DNA of 64,000 nucleotides, from contig JAGSHI010000004.1 of NCBI GenBank assembly GCA_023954635.1, positions 1,028 through 65,027 on the forward strand, read 5' to 3'. The translations under genes were made by a program, and so were the position numbers. The notes beneath the pieces were generated by a model. The model made no database searches and was not told the DNA's origin. It worked only from the letters and a program-made list of their open reading frames with translations. Below are positions 7,759 to 16,488 of the stretch, piece after piece (positions within the stretch are counted from its first letter, which is position 1; each line of letters opens with the position of its first letter). The DNA comes from Bacteriovoracaceae bacterium. Lineage in GTDB: Bacteria > Bdellovibrionota > Bacteriovoracia > Bacteriovoracales > Bacteriovoracaceae.

Positions 7759-10038
7759 TTATTGGAATGGACTTATTTTAGTGTTTTTGAAATCACGCCA
7801 ATAACCTACATTTCCTGTATTACCCTGAGAATTATTTTTGGCCTTCATATACTGGTCATTCCCGGCCAAATCAAAAAAGAAGCCAAGGCTCATTCCGTCT
7901 CTGGCTTCATTTGTTGGGATCGTTGCAGGGAAGGTATTCACTCGATATGTGTCGTTCCCTTTTGTATCGAGGAAAAAGGCATAAGAGTTTTGAGCAGCAG
8001 ATCCAAGAGTCATTCCCATACTCTCGTATAAATCATTTCCTGCGTGATCTTCAAAATAGGTGACCCCTAGATCCCATGCCATGCCAACAGTGGCCTCATG
8101 ACGACCGAGGTATTTATCATTACCACCTTCCTCAAGAAAACTGGCCACGGCGTAATGGGCCGTTGCTCCTTGTGAGTAACGAGAACCTATATATATGTCA
8201 TTATCATTTGATCCACTGTGAAAAATTCCAAAACCAAAATAATACCCGGCCCCTTGGGAAAAGTTTCCACCTTTAAAGTCATCTCTTCCTTTTAAGTCGC
8301 TAAGGATTCCAATTCCTCCGGACATAAAACCGCGAAAGCCAAATCCCATTCCTTGGGAAAAACTTTTAAAAATCCCATGGGTTCCGTAACTCGATAGATA
8401 GAGACCCCTTGCTTCATATTCATCATGACCAGAGCTATCTTTTAAAAGAGAAATGCCTCCGGCCACAGCTGAGCCCTGTGAGAAAAGTTTGGCGCGGTAA
8501 ATATCATTCCCTTTAATATCTAAAAGAGCAGAGATTCCATAAAAAGAATAGGCCTGGGACTGAGAGATGGATTCGTAGCGATCAAAGCCCTCTCGGTCGA
8601 TTAAGATTCCATGACCACCAAAACTCGCCCCTTGGCTAAATTTTGTTCCGGTATAAGTATCATTTCCTTTTTGATCGATAAGGATCCCAAGACCTAGGAT
8701 TCCGCAGCCAAATGAACAGGCCCTGGCCGCTTCGTAGGTGTCATTACCATTTAAATCAATCACCATACTAAATGGGTTGCCAAATCCAGTTCCACCGAAG
8801 CTTCCAGAGTAGAGATCGTCTCCACCTAGATCAATGATAAGGGCAGTGGAGTGGGGGCTTATACCGCGGTACCAGTTATTGCCTTTGCCTCCAATGATAA
8901 TATTTCCAAAACGAGTGTTCACTTGATGCTGAGGGGTCTTATTCTTTTCTAGAAACTTCTCAAGATCTTTAAAAAGGTTTTTCTCTTCTAAACTGAAGGC
9001 AAAGTAGCGAGCTCTAATTAAATGCTCCATCTTAATTTTTTGTAAGATCTTATCGAGCCTTGCAAACTTCTCCATGTCCTTCAAATCAGTAAGTATGATC
9101 TTTTCATCGATATAAGAAATAATGCTCTGATAGTTTTGAAGGAGATACTTTTTATCTTCTTGTTCTATTTCTTTAAAGGCGAAATGAAGTTCAGTATAAA
9201 TTTGATTTAAGACCTGTTTGATAAAAGCAATAGGGTCCGAGCTTTTTGAATAAACTCTTATCTTTGGATACTTAACTTTAAGGTCCATATATTCGTCTAA
9301 ATGATCTAACTTAAGCTTATTTTTCAATTTCCCCGTTAGAGTTCCAAGCTCAAGAGGATTATTTTGAACATAAGTCACAAGGTTTCTTCGATAAAAGTCA
9401 GCTCGATTAGTTAAAAGGGAGAAAGTCTCTTGAAGTTCCTCATATTGATCTTCTTTTTTGTTTTTAGATATCTGTTTTTTGACAAGTTCTCTAAACTTAG
9501 AATTCTTATGTTTTATAAAAGAGGGGAGAAGGTCTTCATTTTTAGTAGGAAGAAGTTTTGGACCATTCCCATAAACTCTTCTATCAAGATGTCCACTTAG
9601 TTCTAACTCTATCTTTTTAGATTCTACCGTTATCTGCGCTTTTTCCTTTAAGTTACTAACAAAGGCATCGAGGTCTTCAATTTTTTTTCCATCCACAGTG
9701 CTGGTTTTTTTTACCCTAAGCAGCTTAAAGCGAATGCTTTTTTCTCTAGGATAATTTTTAATATAGTTTGTAAAGGCCTTTCGGCGGGGGCTCTTAAACT
9801 CAGCGATGGCCTTGCCATTAACTTTGGTTAAAAAGTCACCGGATTTCATTCCCATACGCTCAGCACTGGCCCCAGGAATAAGAAAGCCAAGCTTTATGGC
9901 GATACCATGCTCTTTAACTTCCTGAACAACGGCCCCAAGATAGCTTTTGCCATCGCCATTGAGGGGAGACTCTTTCACGGCAGGGGTTGAGCATGCGGTT
10001 AAAAATAATAGAACAGAACAAAATAAGAGATTTTTCAT
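7759..10038 (-). CDS. lipoprotein with N-terminal PDZ domain and C-terminal ~12-repeat Gly/Asp-rich beta-solenoid-like region
   Basis: Lipobox LFLTACS. PDZ-like GAVVQEV...GMKSGDFLTKVNGKAIA. The last 361 aa consist of about 26-aa repeats, consensus hhhDxxGNDxYxxxxFSQGxxxxxGhG. Confidence 0.7.
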   Translation of the reverse strand: MKNLLFCSVLLFLTACSTPAVKESPLNGDGKSYLGAVVQEVKEHGIAIKLGFLIPGASAERMGMKSGDFLTKVNGKAIAEFKSPRRKAFTNYIKNYPREKSIRFKLLRVKKTSTVDGKKIEDLDAFVSNLKEKAQITVESKKIELELSGHLDRRVYGNGPKLLPTKNEDLLPSFIKHKNSKFRELVKKQISKNKKEDQYEELQETFSLLTNRADFYRRNLVTYVQNNPLELGTLTGKLKNKLKLDHLDEYMDLKVKYPKIRVYSKSSDPIAFIKQVLNQIYTELHFAFKEIEQEDKKYLLQNYQSIISYIDEKIILTDLKDMEKFARLDKILQKIKMEHLIRARYFAFSLEEKNLFKDLEKFLEKNKTPQHQVNTRFGNIIIGGKGNNWYRGISPHSTALIIDLGGDDLYSGSFGGTGFGNPFSMVIDLNGNDTYEAARACSFGCGILGLGILIDQKGNDTYTGTKFSQGASFGGHGILIDREGFDRYESISQSQAYSFYGISALLDIKGNDIYRAKLFSQGSAVAGGISLLKDSSGHDEYEARGLYLSSYGTHGIFKSFSQGMGFGFRGFMSGGIGILSDLKGRDDFKGGNFSQGAGYYFGFGIFHSGSNDNDIYIGSRYSQGATAHYAVASFLEEGGNDKYLGRHEATVGMAWDLGVTYFEDHAGNDLYESMGMTLGSAAQNSYAFFLDTKGNDTYRVNTFPATIPTNEARDGMSLGFFFDLAGNDQYMKAKNNSQGNTGNVGYWRDFKNTKISPFQ
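7762..8844 (-). repeat. coding repeat array: about 12 tandem 26-32-aa GNDxY...SQG units (one 47-aa insertion-bearing unit)
   Basis: Hand-parsed from the ORF: ALIIDLGGDDLY.., VIDLNGNDTY.., ILIDQKGNDTY.., ILIDREGFDRY.., LLDIKGNDIY.., LLKDSSGHDEY.., ILSDLKGRDDF.., ..SNDNDIY.., FLEEGGNDKY.., FEDHAGNDLY.., FFLDTKGNDTY.., FFFDLAGNDQY.. Confidence 0.65.
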
Positions 10039-10090
10039 AGAGAAATACTAGCACAAAGCGACATCGCTGCGGTGTCGCATGGTGTCCTAC

Positions 10091-10900
10091 TTACTTCTGA
10101 CAACCAGGACACCAAACTGAGGATCTACCTCCTAAGACAGTATTTTTTAAAAAGTTTTTACACCGAGGGCAGGGGTGTTCACTTTTCCCATAAACATTAA
10201 ATCTATGTTGAAAATAACCAGAATCCCCACCGGCCTGCTTGAAGTCGGAAATGGTACTTCCCCCGGCGTTTATGGCCTTCTTTAGGGTGTCTTTGATATT
10301 TTTAATTAAAAATTCACATTCTTTCTTTGTTATATTTTTTGTTTTTCTCGTAGGACGAATACCACTAAGGAAAAGTGACTCTACAGCGTAAATATTGCCA
10401 ACTCCAACGACAATCTTTTGATCCATTATAAAGTTTTTAATGGCGACTTCTTTTTTACGAGATCTTTGCCATAAATAATCAAAGCTAAATTCAGTACCCA
10501 AGGGCTCTGGACCAAGATGATCTAGGCGGTGATAGTCTTCATCCTTTTTTGTGTATTCAAAAAGCCCAAATTTCCTAGGGTCGCAATAGGTAAGTTTACG
10601 ACCGTCTTTTAAAATAATTTCTATATGATCATGCTTTTTTCTATCATTTTCAAAAACTCGCCAAGTTCCGGTCATACCTAAATGAGAATAAAGGATAAAA
10701 TCTTTAAGTTCAAAAATGAGATACTTGGCCCGTCTTTTCACCGCCAAGATCTTTTGGTTTTTAACTTTAGTTTGCAAAGCTTTAGGCACAGGAAAGCGTA
10801 ACTTTGGATTTAAAACTTTTATGCTTTTGATAACAGGATTCGCCCCTAGAATTTCTTCTAGGCCTCGCTTCACTGTTTCAACTTCGGGTAGTTCGGGCAA
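10091..10900 (-). CDS. mutM: formamidopyrimidine-DNA glycosylase
   Basis: N-terminal MPELPEVETV, H2TH region, C-terminal zinc finger CPRC...CPGC. Confidence 0.95.
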   Translation of the reverse strand: MPELPEVETVKRGLEEILGANPVIKSIKVLNPKLRFPVPKALQTKVKNQKILAVKRRAKYLIFELKDFILYSHLGMTGTWRVFENDRKKHDHIEIILKDGRKLTYCDPRKFGLFEYTKKDEDYHRLDHLGPEPLGTEFSFDYLWQRSRKKEVAIKNFIMDQKIVVGVGNIYAVESLFLSGIRPTRKTKNITKKECEFLIKNIKDTLKKAINAGGSTISDFKQAGGDSGYFQHRFNVYGKSEHPCPRCKNFLKNTVLGGRSSVWCPGCQK

Positions 10901-10948
10901 GTGGTCTCCTGATTGTGTTTAGTAGCGATTTTAAGGAATTTTATACTC

Positions 10949-10970
10949 AGTGGAACAAGAAAGTTCCACT
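10949..10970 (-). terminator. hairpin AGTGGAAC-N6-GTTCCACT just downstream of the 10976..12409 gene (terminator-like, no clear U-tract)
   Basis: Perfect 8-bp inverted repeat 5 nt after the stop codon. The arm sequence AGTGGAAC recurs three more times at 12583..12787. Confidence 0.4.
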
Positions 10971-10975
10971 TAAAA

Positions 10976-12409
10976 CTATTCTAGACTTTCTCTTCCTTGG
11001 ATTACATCAGATGCGGAACTATGGATTGAACTTGCATCAGAGATAATCCCTAGAGCTTCTTGAGCATTTGCTAGGTGCTCTAGGCCCCTTTCATCTAAAA
11101 ACTTGAGAGCAGGGGTTCTTCCTATTTTTATAAGAAACTTTAGGGCTTTAACGCTTGGAGCGAATTTTTTTAGTTCTAATCCTGCCCCTACAAAAACCAA
11201 TGGTGCCATCATTAATTCAAGAGCAAAGTCCTTATCAGCATCTGAGAGTCCATCAAAGCCGTCCATCATTTCCATACTTAGCGCTGAAGTAAAAGTTCTT
11301 GAGCGTTCAAGCTCTAAGGTCTGATAACTTCCGTGTAGAGATTTAGCTGTTAATAGGACCCCCGTTGCAGCACAGAGGGTCCCTGCTCCAATAACGGTCC
11401 AAGAAGTTACAGCACAACCGACACCAGTACCCGTTGCGAGAGCTAGCTTTCCGTAATTTTTAATTTGATCCATTTTAATTTTTTTATCTATCCATTCATT
11501 TGCAGCTGAGCAGTAACTTGGATTTTCAGATAGGGCAGATTCAATTATCGGCGTAAATCCTGCTAACTCGTCGGGACTTAGATCATTTTGCAAAAGCTTT
11601 TTATTATTTTCAATCATTCTGTCTAGGCCGGCTGTAATTTCTGCATTGTCTGGAAACCTCGAGTTAACATAGGCCATAATGGGAGCATTACTTATGGCCT
11701 GGGTGTATTGAGGTAAGTACTTTTCAGTTAGGGTATCTTTTAAATGAATAAATTCGGTGTTGTCATAGGGCCCTGTGTAAGTTCTTCCTGAAGGAAATTC
11801 TTCGCTAATTGTTTTTTGATACTCACTTTCAATCTGCTCTTTTAAGTCATGCCTGAGATCAAACTCCTCCCCAAAGGGATGTTTCATTTTATTTTTTGGG
11901 GAGGTCTTAGGAAAATTCAACCTATCACCGGGGTCCCTTTCGGTAAGCATTGATTCGAATCGCAAATTATCCTTCAACCCTAAAGCAGCACCAATCGCCA
12001 TTTGGTCCCAATTATTCATGATCTTTAGTTTTATTCCTCTAGCCACTTTTTGACATGCCAGATTGGGGTTAGCTCCAAGACAATCTTTTTGCAATTTTAA
12101 CTTCTCAATATTGGCGTTGGCTAAAAAAGCTACTTTCCTTCTCAATATGCTATAAAGCTCTTCTTTTTCTCTGGGATAAGTGTCTCCCGTAATTTGTTCG
12201 TAAACGTCACTCACATCGGATTCAAGATTTGTTATTCTTTCTAATGATTGATTTAAGTTACCTTGGTCTTGAGGACACGCCACTAAGTCTGTATTTGGAG
12301 TTGGTAGGTTTGTACAAGACTCAAAATGTGATGCCCATAGGCTCATAAATGAACCAGCGAAGGCAAATAATATAAAATAGAGCATGACTCTCATTTCCCC
12401 CCCTGACAT
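10976..12409 (-). CDS. hypothetical secreted/membrane-associated protein
   Basis: 477-aa ORF with an N-terminal signal-like segment and hydrophobic Gly/Ala/Thr-rich segments near the C-terminus. No family recognised. Confidence 0.5.
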   Translation of the reverse strand: MSGGEMRVMLYFILFAFAGSFMSLWASHFESCTNLPTPNTDLVACPQDQGNLNQSLERITNLESDVSDVYEQITGDTYPREKEELYSILRRKVAFLANANIEKLKLQKDCLGANPNLACQKVARGIKLKIMNNWDQMAIGAALGLKDNLRFESMLTERDPGDRLNFPKTSPKNKMKHPFGEEFDLRHDLKEQIESEYQKTISEEFPSGRTYTGPYDNTEFIHLKDTLTEKYLPQYTQAISNAPIMAYVNSRFPDNAEITAGLDRMIENNKKLLQNDLSPDELAGFTPIIESALSENPSYCSAANEWIDKKIKMDQIKNYGKLALATGTGVGCAVTSWTVIGAGTLCAATGVLLTAKSLHGSYQTLELERSRTFTSALSMEMMDGFDGLSDADKDFALELMMAPLVFVGAGLELKKFAPSVKALKFLIKIGRTPALKFLDERGLEHLANAQEALGIISDASSIHSSASDVIQGRESLE

Positions 12410-12750
12410 AAGATAACCTACTTACTTAGTTTATCGGTATCTCAACAATTTTACATGATTGCTCTAAGTATATTAGTTAAAACAGTGGGTTAGTGTCTTT
12501 GTCCTGAAGAACTTATGCCAAAGAAAATAGGCACTTTAATTACGAAATTATAAAAATATAAGAAAGAAATTAAATTGAAGGGAGTGGAACTAGTGGAACC
12601 GCTTTCGTGAACTAAAATGAAACTGATTGAAATCAAATGAAAGTAGAAACGAAGAGGTAGGAGCTATTCTTTGTAACCTATCGAAATTTTTGACTAGCTT
12701 TTGGTTGGTAAAAATTCGGGTAACTCAGGCAAACTATCTCCTAAGGGCTT

Positions 12751-12773
12751 AAAACACCTTTTAAAGGTGTTTT
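12751..12773 (-). terminator. AT-rich hairpin AAAACACC-TTTTAAA-GGTGTTTT downstream of the GH1 gene
   Basis: 8-bp stem (extendable) about 40 nt after the GH1 stop on the minus strand. Confidence 0.4.
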
Positions 12774-12813
12774 ATATACAGTGGAACCATTAGTTAAGAG
12801 CTAGTGATGAAGA

Positions 12814-14250
12814 TTACTTTTTAAAACGCCAATCGATATCTCTAACTTTCACCTGACGGGGCTCGTTTAAAGCGGTCTCGCCATCTTTAGAACGACAAAA
12901 AGCTCGGTCCTTTCCAACGGCATTCAGAACTTTTTTCCATGACTCAGTTCTTTGTGAAGCCGTGATCTTTTTAGTCTTAGAAATTTTTTGGTAAAGGAAA
13001 AAGCCATCTCGTTTTGTTCTTTGGAGGTTATTTGAACGATCAACTGCAACCATTCCAAATTTTGGACAATAGCCATCTGCCCATTCCCAATTATCAGAGA
13101 GACTCCAGGCCATATAACCAAGAACTTTAATTCCTTCTTTCATCACCGTATTTAAAGCGAGAAGGTGCTCAACCATATAACTTGAACGAAGCCAGCCTTT
13201 TTCATCTGCAACACCATTTTCAGTAATAATGAATGGCAAATTACGCTTCTTTTTAAGATTATAACGCTTGTGTAGCTCTTTAATCACTTTATAGAAACCA
13301 TTTGGCGAAACTGCACGACCACTATCGGAATACTCATAGTCTTTAGAAAGCGCAAGAGTTGTGCCTTTTACAACTTCTGCTCCGTAATAGTTAACACCAA
13401 TATAATCCATCTTCTTTGAAACAAGATCGTAGAACTTATAATTCATCTTTCTTTTAGAAACACCAGCAAAGTACTTACTGATCCACTTTTGGCCAACATA
13501 ATCACCAACATTTTGAGCAATCCCGATGGGGGCCTTGTGTCCTTTGCTTTTGATGTAGTCATAAATTTGATTATGACCGCGGGCCATATTCTTTAAGGCC
13601 CTTTCATAGGAACCTTTTATTGGACCTAAGTTAAAAAATGAAAGAGGACGTCTTCTTTGATGATAAGAAGGCCATGTCCCCACAACTTGAGTCATAAGGG
13701 CATAGAGGTTCGATTCGTTAAAAGTAACCCAGTAGTCAATATCATCTCCAAAATTATCGACGACTGTTTTTGAAAAACGCATAAAGTGATTCACCATAGA
13801 TTTTTTCACCCAGCTTTTTTCTTTAATGGTCCAGTCCGGTTCAGCGTGGTGAAAAAGAGAAACCATGATTTTCATATTTCTTTTTTTAATCATTTGAAAA
13901 ATTTCTTTGTATCTTTTGATAACTTTTGGGTCTGGTTTCTTAGTGTCTTTGCTAGGGAAAAGTCGTTTCCAGCTAAGTCCCAATCTAAAAACACTAAGCC
14001 CAAGTTCTTGGGCCATGTCGAGTTCTCTTTCTGGTTCTGTCCAAAAACGAATCCTTTCTTCTGGATTAACGTAATTATAAAACGCAGGGATTTTTCCATC
14101 GCGGGCATGATGAATCCATGCACCTTCTAACTGATCTTCAACTTGAACGGGGGCATTTGCCACTCCAAAGAAAAAGTCCTTAGGAAATTGGGCGATTGTT
14201 TGTGCCTGTAATGAGAAGCTCATCATGAGTAGCAAGAGAGTTGTTTTCAT
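12814..14250 (-). CDS. secreted glycoside hydrolase family 1 (beta-glucosidase-like)
   Basis: Signal peptide, acid/base motif TFNESN (canonical T-x-NEP) and nucleophile motif ITENG, plus DNWEW near the C-terminus. Confidence 0.88.
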   Translation of the reverse strand: MKTTLLLLMMSFSLQAQTIAQFPKDFFFGVANAPVQVEDQLEGAWIHHARDGKIPAFYNYVNPEERIRFWTEPERELDMAQELGLSVFRLGLSWKRLFPSKDTKKPDPKVIKRYKEIFQMIKKRNMKIMVSLFHHAEPDWTIKEKSWVKKSMVNHFMRFSKTVVDNFGDDIDYWVTFNESNLYALMTQVVGTWPSYHQRRRPLSFFNLGPIKGSYERALKNMARGHNQIYDYIKSKGHKAPIGIAQNVGDYVGQKWISKYFAGVSKRKMNYKFYDLVSKKMDYIGVNYYGAEVVKGTTLALSKDYEYSDSGRAVSPNGFYKVIKELHKRYNLKKKRNLPFIITENGVADEKGWLRSSYMVEHLLALNTVMKEGIKVLGYMAWSLSDNWEWADGYCPKFGMVAVDRSNNLQRTKRDGFFLYQKISKTKKITASQRTESWKKVLNAVGKDRAFCRSKDGETALNEPRQVKVRDIDWRFKK

Positions 14251-14420
14251 AGGGGAAATTTAACATTTTCAGCGTTGAGTTCAACCATTTTGAAAAATCT
14301 ATTGTATTCTAAGTTCTTAATATTATGAAGATACAGATCAACTTTTAAGGTAAGAAGACATCTCTTCTTTGCAGGTTTGTTTAATATGTAAGAATGAGAG
14401 ATGCTGTTGAGATTGAACCA

Positions 14421-14452
14421 AAACTAAAAAGACCCTCACATTTGTGAAGGCC
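14421..14452 (-). terminator. rho-independent terminator of flp paralog 1
   Basis: Minus strand reads GGCCTTCACAAATGTGAGGGTC followed by TTTTTAGTTTT. Confidence 0.7.
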
Positions 14453-14483
14453 TTTTAAAATACTTTTAATTTTTTTATAATTC

Positions 14484-14786
14484 TTATAAAGTTGGTTCAC
14501 CTGCCGCTCCGTATTCCATCGTTTGGTCAGATTTCATTCCTTTATTCGAAGTTTCGAAAAGCTCTGTCGCTTGTTCAGAAGTAGTAACAGCAGCTGCTAG
14601 AGCTGAATCTACACCTGCAGTGTTACCTGAAATGGCAGAAGTTACTTGTGTCATTTTTTGCTCTAATGTTTTTCCAAAATAAGAAGAAACACCGATAGAA
14701 CCAACAGCGATAAGTACTAAAAGAATTAGATACTCAGCAGTGTTTTGACCTTGTATCTTATTGATTTTTTTGTTTGAATTTTTCAT
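14484..14786 (-). CDS. flp: Flp/Fap-family pilin, long form (100 aa), paralog 1
   Basis: Leader MKNSNKKINKIQG followed by QNTAEY and a 20-residue hydrophobic stretch, matching the Flp prepilin-peptidase motif G/xxxxEY. AGGAGG RBS. Confidence 0.75.
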   Translation of the reverse strand: MKNSNKKINKIQGQNTAEYLILLVLIAVGSIGVSSYFGKTLEQKMTQVTSAISGNTAGVDSALAAAVTTSEQATELFETSNKGMKSDQTMEYGAAGEPTL

Positions 14787-14959
14787 AATTATCCTCCTGA
14801 TATTAGTTTTAAGATTATTCTTAAACCCGTTTTCCTGTATACATATATACCAGAAAATTCTTTAGCCAATATACTGAAATTGATTTAGTTTAAAAAAATA
14901 GAAAGAATCTTTTAAATTCCTAAGTGAGCAAAATTCTTAGATAGTTTGCCCTGAACAAA

Positions 14960-14990
14960 ACGAAAAAGGCCCTCACATTTGTGAAGGCCT
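14960..14990 (-). terminator. rho-independent terminator of flp paralog 2
   Basis: Minus strand reads AGGCCTTCACAAATGTGAGGGCCT followed by TTTTCGTTTTGTTC. Confidence 0.7.
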
Positions 14991-15021
14991 CTTAAAATAC
15001 ATTCAACTTTTATTATAATTC

Positions 15022-15324
15022 TTATAAAGTTGGCTCAGCTGCAGCTCCGTATTCCATAGTTTTGTCAGACTTCATTCCGTTACTAGAAGTTTCGAAAAGC
15101 TCTACAGCTTGTTCTGAAGTATCAATAGCAGCTGCTTGAGCTGAATCTACACCTGCAGTGTTACCTGAAATGGCAGAAGTTACTTGTGTCATTTTTTGCT
15201 CTAATGTTTTTCCAAAATAAGAAGAAACACCGATAGAACCAACAGCGATAAGTACTAAAAGAATTAGATACTCAGCCGTGTTTTGACCTTTGATTTTTTT
15301 GATTTTTTTGTTTGAATTTTTCAT
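15022..15324 (-). CDS. flp: Flp/Fap-family pilin, long form (100 aa), paralog 2
   Basis: Same G/QNTAEY motif. 90 of 100 residues are identical to paralog 1 by my count, and all 8 mature-region differences fall in the last 40 residues. Confidence 0.75.
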   Translation of the reverse strand: MKNSNKKIKKIKGQNTAEYLILLVLIAVGSIGVSSYFGKTLEQKMTQVTSAISGNTAGVDSAQAAAIDTSEQAVELFETSSNGMKSDKTMEYGAAAEPTL

Positions 15325-15451
15325 AACTATTCTCCTGATATTAGTTTTAAGATCATTCTTAAACCCGTTTTCCTGTATACATATATAGCAAAACTTTCTT
15401 TAATCAGTTAACTGAAATTGACCTAGTGAAATAAATTCATGATGAATATTT

Positions 15452-15486
15452 TTATAAAAAAAAAGGCCCTCACAAGGGAGGGCCTT
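15452..15486 (-). terminator. rho-independent terminator downstream of 15513..16487
   Basis: Minus strand reads GGCCCTC-CCTTGT-GAGGGCC followed by a T9 run. Confidence 0.7.
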
Positions 15487-15512
15487 TCGATATAGTATGG
15501 TTTTTTTTAGTT

Positions 15513-16487
15513 TTAAATTCCTTTTAATGTCTGATCAATCACTTGATTAATCTCAGTGTCAGTTACCGTCTGCTTAAGGTTTAATAAGGCAGATCTAGAG
15601 GCATCAGGATCAAGTCTAGCTTCTAGTGAAAGGATTTCAATCTCTTTCATAATAGCAACTTTATCCTCTTTTCTGAGTTCAATTTTAGGTTTTTCGACTT
15701 TCTTTTTGACCAATTCTTTAGCTTCAATTTTTACTGCTGTCTTTTTCTTCTTAACAGAGACTCGTTTTGGCTTTAGAACTTCGATTAGTTTATTACGAAC
15801 GTTGTTTTCTAAATGATTATACTCATACTTCATTTTCTTTAACTTTTTTTGAGTCTCGAAGTCTAGTTTGTTTTTATAATTATTTAAAGCTGTCATTCGC
15901 TTCATCTCTACTCTTTTAAATACTTCAAGCGCCTTGGGGACAATAACAATACCTGTTATAAGCGCTGCGAATAACGACAATCTAAATATTTTTCCGCCGA
16001 TTTTTCGCCTTTTCTTTTTAGCTATTACACCTTTATTTATTTCACTTTTAGGATCTATTGTCATCTCTTCTTCACCTTCATTAAACTTAAGATCTAATTC
16101 ACTTGTGTATAAATTTTCAGCTTTATTTGGTTCTAACTCTAGTGAATCAAAATCTTGAAGAGGCTCTTCTTCAATTTTATTTGAGAAAAAAGTAGTATCA
16201 GGAGCTACAATAATGACATGTTCATTATTGATAGAGAGTGTATTTGTCGCGAGTAAATGTGCCACTTCGACTACTTTTGTTCCATCAATTGTGACATCAA
16301 TATCAGTTCTCTCTCCAATATCTAGTAAGAAACTACCAGATTCGCCCAAAGATAAAGTAATTCCAGTTTCTAATGTTATAGATTCACCTTCAGAAATCTC
16401 CATAATTGTGCCATCATTTCTCAAAATGATATGCTTTGACGAGGGTGTTTTCTTAGTGTTTTCATCTAATAATAGTATCTTGTCCAC
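15513..16487 (-). CDS. bitopic membrane protein of the Tad locus (acidic N-terminal region, one TM, Lys-rich coiled-coil C-terminus), function unknown
   Basis: 324-aa ORF with TM IFRLSLFAALITGIVIVP. Starts 1 nt after the upstream ORF stop, in an operon with the secretin gene. Confidence 0.5.
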   Translation of the reverse strand: MDKILLLDENTKKTPSSKHIILRNDGTIMEISEGESITLETGITLSLGESGSFLLDIGERTDIDVTIDGTKVVEVAHLLATNTLSINNEHVIIVAPDTTFFSNKIEEEPLQDFDSLELEPNKAENLYTSELDLKFNEGEEEMTIDPKSEINKGVIAKKKRRKIGGKIFRLSLFAALITGIVIVPKALEVFKRVEMKRMTALNNYKNKLDFETQKKLKKMKYEYNHLENNVRNKLIEVLKPKRVSVKKKKTAVKIEAKELVKKKVEKPKIELRKEDKVAIMKEIEILSLEARLDPDASRSALLNLKQTVTDTEINQVIDQTLKGI

Positions 16488-16488
16488 C

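Larger units (their letters stand above)
14421..15426 (-). repeat. tandem duplication, period 538 bp: (terminator + 100-aa flp CDS + about 100-nt conserved leader) x2
   Basis: 14421..14888 aligns with 14960..15426. There are about 150 nt of near-perfect identity across the 5' coding part and about 63 nt of leader with 3 mismatches. Confidence 0.85.

Noticed and set aside
12410-12813. The 404-bp AT-rich intergenic region as a possible ncRNA gene or small-protein gene.
   Set aside because: Only very short ORFs (12 aa or fewer) are present, and I recognise no conserved RNA-family motif. Apart from the AGTGGAAC copies and a terminator-like hairpin (both reported separately) there is no positive evidence.
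14787-15021. A possible sigma-54 promoter (TGGC...) upstream of the flp paralogs, by analogy with type IVa pilin genes. TTGGCTAAAGAATTTTCTGG is seen on the gene strand of paralog 1.
   Set aside because: The GG-N10-GC spacing is not satisfied, because there is no GC dinucleotide at the -12 position. The element is also not conserved upstream of paralog 2.
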